DNA of 64,000 nt, taken from contig CAVXQP010000010.1 of the NCBI GenBank assembly GCA_963763955.1, positions 156,118 to 220,117 on the forward strand. Reading direction: 5' to 3'. A program made the translations under genes and the position numbers. Shown one piece after another: positions 61,793-64,000 of this stretch. The DNA is from an uncultured Solirubrobacterales bacterium. GTDB taxonomy: Bacteria; Actinomycetota; Thermoleophilia; Solirubrobacterales; 70-9. Positions within the stretch are counted from its first letter, which is position 1, and every line of letters begins with the position of its first letter. Below the pieces are notes generated by a model. The model was not told where the DNA came from, searched no databases, and saw only the letters and a program-made list of their open reading frames with translations.

Positions 61793-61799
61793 CCCTCGT

Positions 61800-62138
61800 T
61801 TAGCGACGCCGCCATTTGCCGCCGAGCAGCTTCCCCAGGCGACCGCTGCGCCGGGGGCTGAACTCCGGGGCGCCCTTCTCGGGAGGCGGCAGCTGCGCCG
61901 CCACGGCCGAGTCGATGGTCAGCCTGACCGCGCGCTCGGCGGTGCGAGCGACCTCGGGTGCGTCGACGAAGCGCAGCTCACCGCTCGAGTCCTCGATCAC
62001 GAAGCCGTCCAGGATCCGCTCCCGGTAGTTGTCCACGACCTCGTCGATGACGCCGACCTGCTTGCCATCGGAGGCGTACACGGGTGTGCCGCGCTTCACG
62101 GCCGCATAGTGGATCGGATAGCCATCCTCCTCGCCCAC
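61800..62138 (-). CDS. PRC-barrel-like domain protein
   Basis: 112 aa. GTPVYASDGKQVGVIDEVV.......LDGFVIE is PRC-barrel-like. Basic C-terminal tail GKLLGGKWRRR. Confidence 0.5.
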   Translation of the reverse strand: MGEEDGYPIHYAAVKRGTPVYASDGKQVGVIDEVVDNYRERILDGFVIEDSSGELRFVDAPEVARTAERAVRLTIDSAVAAQLPPPEKGAPEFSPRRSGRLGKLLGGKWRRR

Positions 62139-62154
62139 CCGGTGAAATATACGA

Positions 62155-62559
62155 ATGGTCGGCTACTCGGGGACTCCCTTGTGGAAGAAGCTCGGGATCA
62201 ATCAGGGAAACCGGGTCGCATTCCCTTCAGCGCCGGATGGCTTCCTCGGGCTGCTCGGAGAGCTCCCCGAGGGCGTCACGGTCAAGTCCCGGGCCAGCCG
62301 CCCTCTCGACGTGATCGTCTTCTTCACCAAGAGCCGTGCCGATCTCGAGCGGCGACTGCCGGCTCTGAGGGGAGCGATGGACCCCGCCGCCGGGCTCTGG
62401 ATCGCCTGGCCCAAGCTTTCGTCAGGAGTCGAGACAGATCTGACCGAAAACGTCACGCGCGAGCTCGGCCTCGCCAACCGTCTGGTCGACAACAAGGTCT
62501 GCGCGATCGATGAGACCTGGTCCGGGTTGCGATTCGTGATCCGCCTGGAGGATCGCTAG
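62155..62559 (+). CDS. DUF3052 domain protein
   Basis: 134 aa. The N-terminus MVGYSGTPLWKKLGINQGNRVAF matches the characteristic DUF3052 start as I remember it. Confidence 0.6.
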   Translation: MVGYSGTPLWKKLGINQGNRVAFPSAPDGFLGLLGELPEGVTVKSRASRPLDVIVFFTKSRADLERRLPALRGAMDPAAGLWIAWPKLSSGVETDLTENVTRELGLANRLVDNKVCAIDETWSGLRFVIRLEDR

Positions 62560-63416
62560 CCCAAGCGCTCCCGCACCGCTCGCTCGTCGAGGAAGTCGGC
62601 GATCACCCGTGAGAGACGACCCCCCTGCCAGGCCAGAGGCGCTTTGCCGGGCTCCTCGCTGATCAGCCTGCCCGCCGGCAGGCGTTCGGCCCAGGCTTCG
62701 GCAATCGCGTAGGGATGCCCTGGGTCCGCCTCGTCGTAGCTGGCGACGACGAGCGCCGGGACGTCGAGCGTCTCCAGCTCCTCCAGCCCCTCGAAGGGAA
62801 GCGAGCGCGGCACCTCCCGCAGTGCCCGGACGAGCGCTTCCGGATGGCGGTGGCGGGCCATCCTCTCGCGCGTGATCCGCAGGGCGGTCTCGGTCCAGGC
62901 GGGATCGGTCTCGAGGGATTCCTCATACGCCTCCATGAAGCCCTCGATCCCGCCGCGCTCCAGCCCGTCCGCGAGGCTGTCCCAGTAGGCGAGCGACTCA
63001 TCGGCAGCGGGAATGCCGAGCGTCACGGGCCCCGCCAGGACGAGGGCAGCCACCTCGCCGGCGTGGTCGAGCGCGTGGGCCACCGCGGTGTGACAGCCCA
63101 TCGAGTGCCCGGCCAGCACCGGCGGCCCGGCCGCCTCCCGCTCAGCGAGAACAGCCCTCAGGTCGCCCGTCAGCGCCCCGTATCCATACCCCTCCCCCGC
63201 AGGCGCCGGATCCGACTCACCGTGCGCCCGGGCGTCGTAGGAGACCAGCCGGTATCCGCGGCGCGCGAGAGCGACCGAGCCGTGCAGGACGTAGCGCCGG
63301 GTCGCCGTCAGGCCGTGCAGCTGGACGACCGCCGGCCCCTCCCCCACCTCCTCGCCCGCTAGGACGACTCCCGAGGAGTCAACCTCGAAGGGACTCGGAT
63401 CCAGGCGCTCGGCCAC
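62556..63416 (-). CDS. alpha/beta hydrolase
   Basis: GTG at 63416, 2 nt after the bcp stop, in ORF 62556..63974. PAVVQLHGL, YDARAHGES, nucleophile elbow AGHSMGC. Confidence 0.8.
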   Translation of the reverse strand: MAERLDPSPFEVDSSGVVLAGEEVGEGPAVVQLHGLTATRRYVLHGSVALARRGYRLVSYDARAHGESDPAPAGEGYGYGALTGDLRAVLAEREAAGPPVLAGHSMGCHTAVAHALDHAGEVAALVLAGPVTLGIPAADESLAYWDSLADGLERGGIEGFMEAYEESLETDPAWTETALRITRERMARHRHPEALVRALREVPRSLPFEGLEELETLDVPALVVASYDEADPGHPYAIAEAWAERLPAGRLISEEPGKAPLAWQGGRLSRVIADFLDERAVRERLG

Positions 63417-63418
63417 CG

Positions 63419-63874
63419 CTACGCCAGCTGCGAGATCGCACGCTCCAGATCGCCCACGTCCTGGTAGCGCAGGCCGAACATGGCCACATTGCGATAGCGG
63501 ACCGTGCCGGCGGAATCCACGAGGAAGATCGCGCGTCGGATGAACCCGCCGGGCCCGACGACGCCGTACCGGCGCGCGACCTTCTTCTCGGGATCGGAGA
63601 GCAGCGGCACCGTCAGCCCGTTCTGGTCGGCGAAGCGCTCGTGCGAGGAGACCGACTGCGGCGAGATCCCCACCATCGGCATGCCCAGGGCCTCGATTCG
63701 GTCGCCGTCGTCGCGATAGGAGCAGAACTGCTTCGTGCACACCGGCGTGAAGTCGCCCGGGTAGAAGGCCAGGATCACGCCATTGCTGCGGAAGTCGGCG
63801 AGGCTGTATCGCCGCGAGCCCGTCGCCTCGAGATCGAAGTCCGGCGCCGAATCGCCCACCCGCAGCTTCGCCAT
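63419..63874 (-). CDS. bcp: thioredoxin-dependent thiol peroxidase (Bcp-type peroxiredoxin)
   Basis: 151 aa. GDSAPDF.L, ILAFYPGDFTPVCTKQFC, GISPQSV.SH..F, FLVD..G.V. Confidence 0.88.
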   Translation of the reverse strand: MAKLRVGDSAPDFDLEATGSRRYSLADFRSNGVILAFYPGDFTPVCTKQFCSYRDDGDRIEALGMPMVGISPQSVSSHERFADQNGLTVPLLSDPEKKVARRYGVVGPGGFIRRAIFLVDSAGTVRYRNVAMFGLRYQDVGDLERAISQLA

Positions 63875-64000
63875 CAGCCGCCTCGAATCGTGATGCGCCG
63901 GATGACGACGGGCGCCATCGGCCTGCCGATCTGCGTGCCGAGCTGCTCGATTCGCAGCACCACATCAAAGCCACTGGTCACGCGGCCGAGCAGCGCGTCG
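63873..64000 (-). CDS. cyclophilin-type peptidyl-prolyl isomerase, C-terminal end (5' part outside window)
   Basis: The reverse strand reads ..DALLGRVTSGFDVVLRIEQLGTQIGRPMAPVVIRRITIRGG, then a stop. The stop overlaps the bcp ATG. The FGRV..G.DVV..IE pattern is typical of cyclophilins. Confidence 0.65.

Noticed and set aside
1-64000. Scan for tRNA, rRNA, CRISPR arrays, transposases, integrases and prophage genes
   Set aside because: I found no T-loop/acceptor patterns, no regularly spaced direct repeats, and no recognisable mobile-element enzymes. GGTTCGA-like strings such as the one near 58680 lie inside the GNAT remnant and lack tRNA structure.

Overview
High-GC (about 70%) bacterial chromosome segment with Actinomycetota-style content: SepF, an RskA-like domain, WS/DGAT, a VKOR-DsbA pair, a ydaO-type riboswitch ahead of a cell-wall gene, and many GTG/TTG starts with 1-4 nt stop/start overlaps. 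A deep-branching class such as Thermoleophilia or Rubrobacteria is only a guess. Most of the window is conserved housekeeping synteny: a histidine operon (hisZ-G-D-B-H-A-x-F), a division-associated block (pgeF-yggS-sepF-proC-yggT-lspA-rluD), the translation/isoprenoid block (rpsB-tsf-pyrH-frr-uppS-cdsA ... dxr-rseP ... ispG ... proS-pgsA), and a GarA-like FHA protein with a MerR regulator. These are followed by nadE, dinB and many single metabolic, redox and hydrolase genes. I saw no rRNA, tRNA, CRISPR array, transposase or integrase. The most unusual signal is a nearly identical Cys/Lys-rich C-terminal tail (two KCKK boxes) on three signal-peptide proteins with unrelated bodies. Two of these lie in a 5.6 kb accessory insertion that splits the conserved rseP-ispG pair. 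Other points of interest are a single-motif RsiG-like coiled-coil protein, tandem HTH-TM-RskA-like membrane proteins, a c-di-AMP (ydaO-class) riboswitch ahead of an RlpA-like gene, and an orphan intrinsic terminator that implies an sRNA. dxr and ispG also share a leaderless-promoter-like 16-mer. Four genes appear frame-disrupted or decayed, which could be real decay or homopolymer assembly error. All calls come from reading the ORF translations and the DNA by eye. No searches were run.
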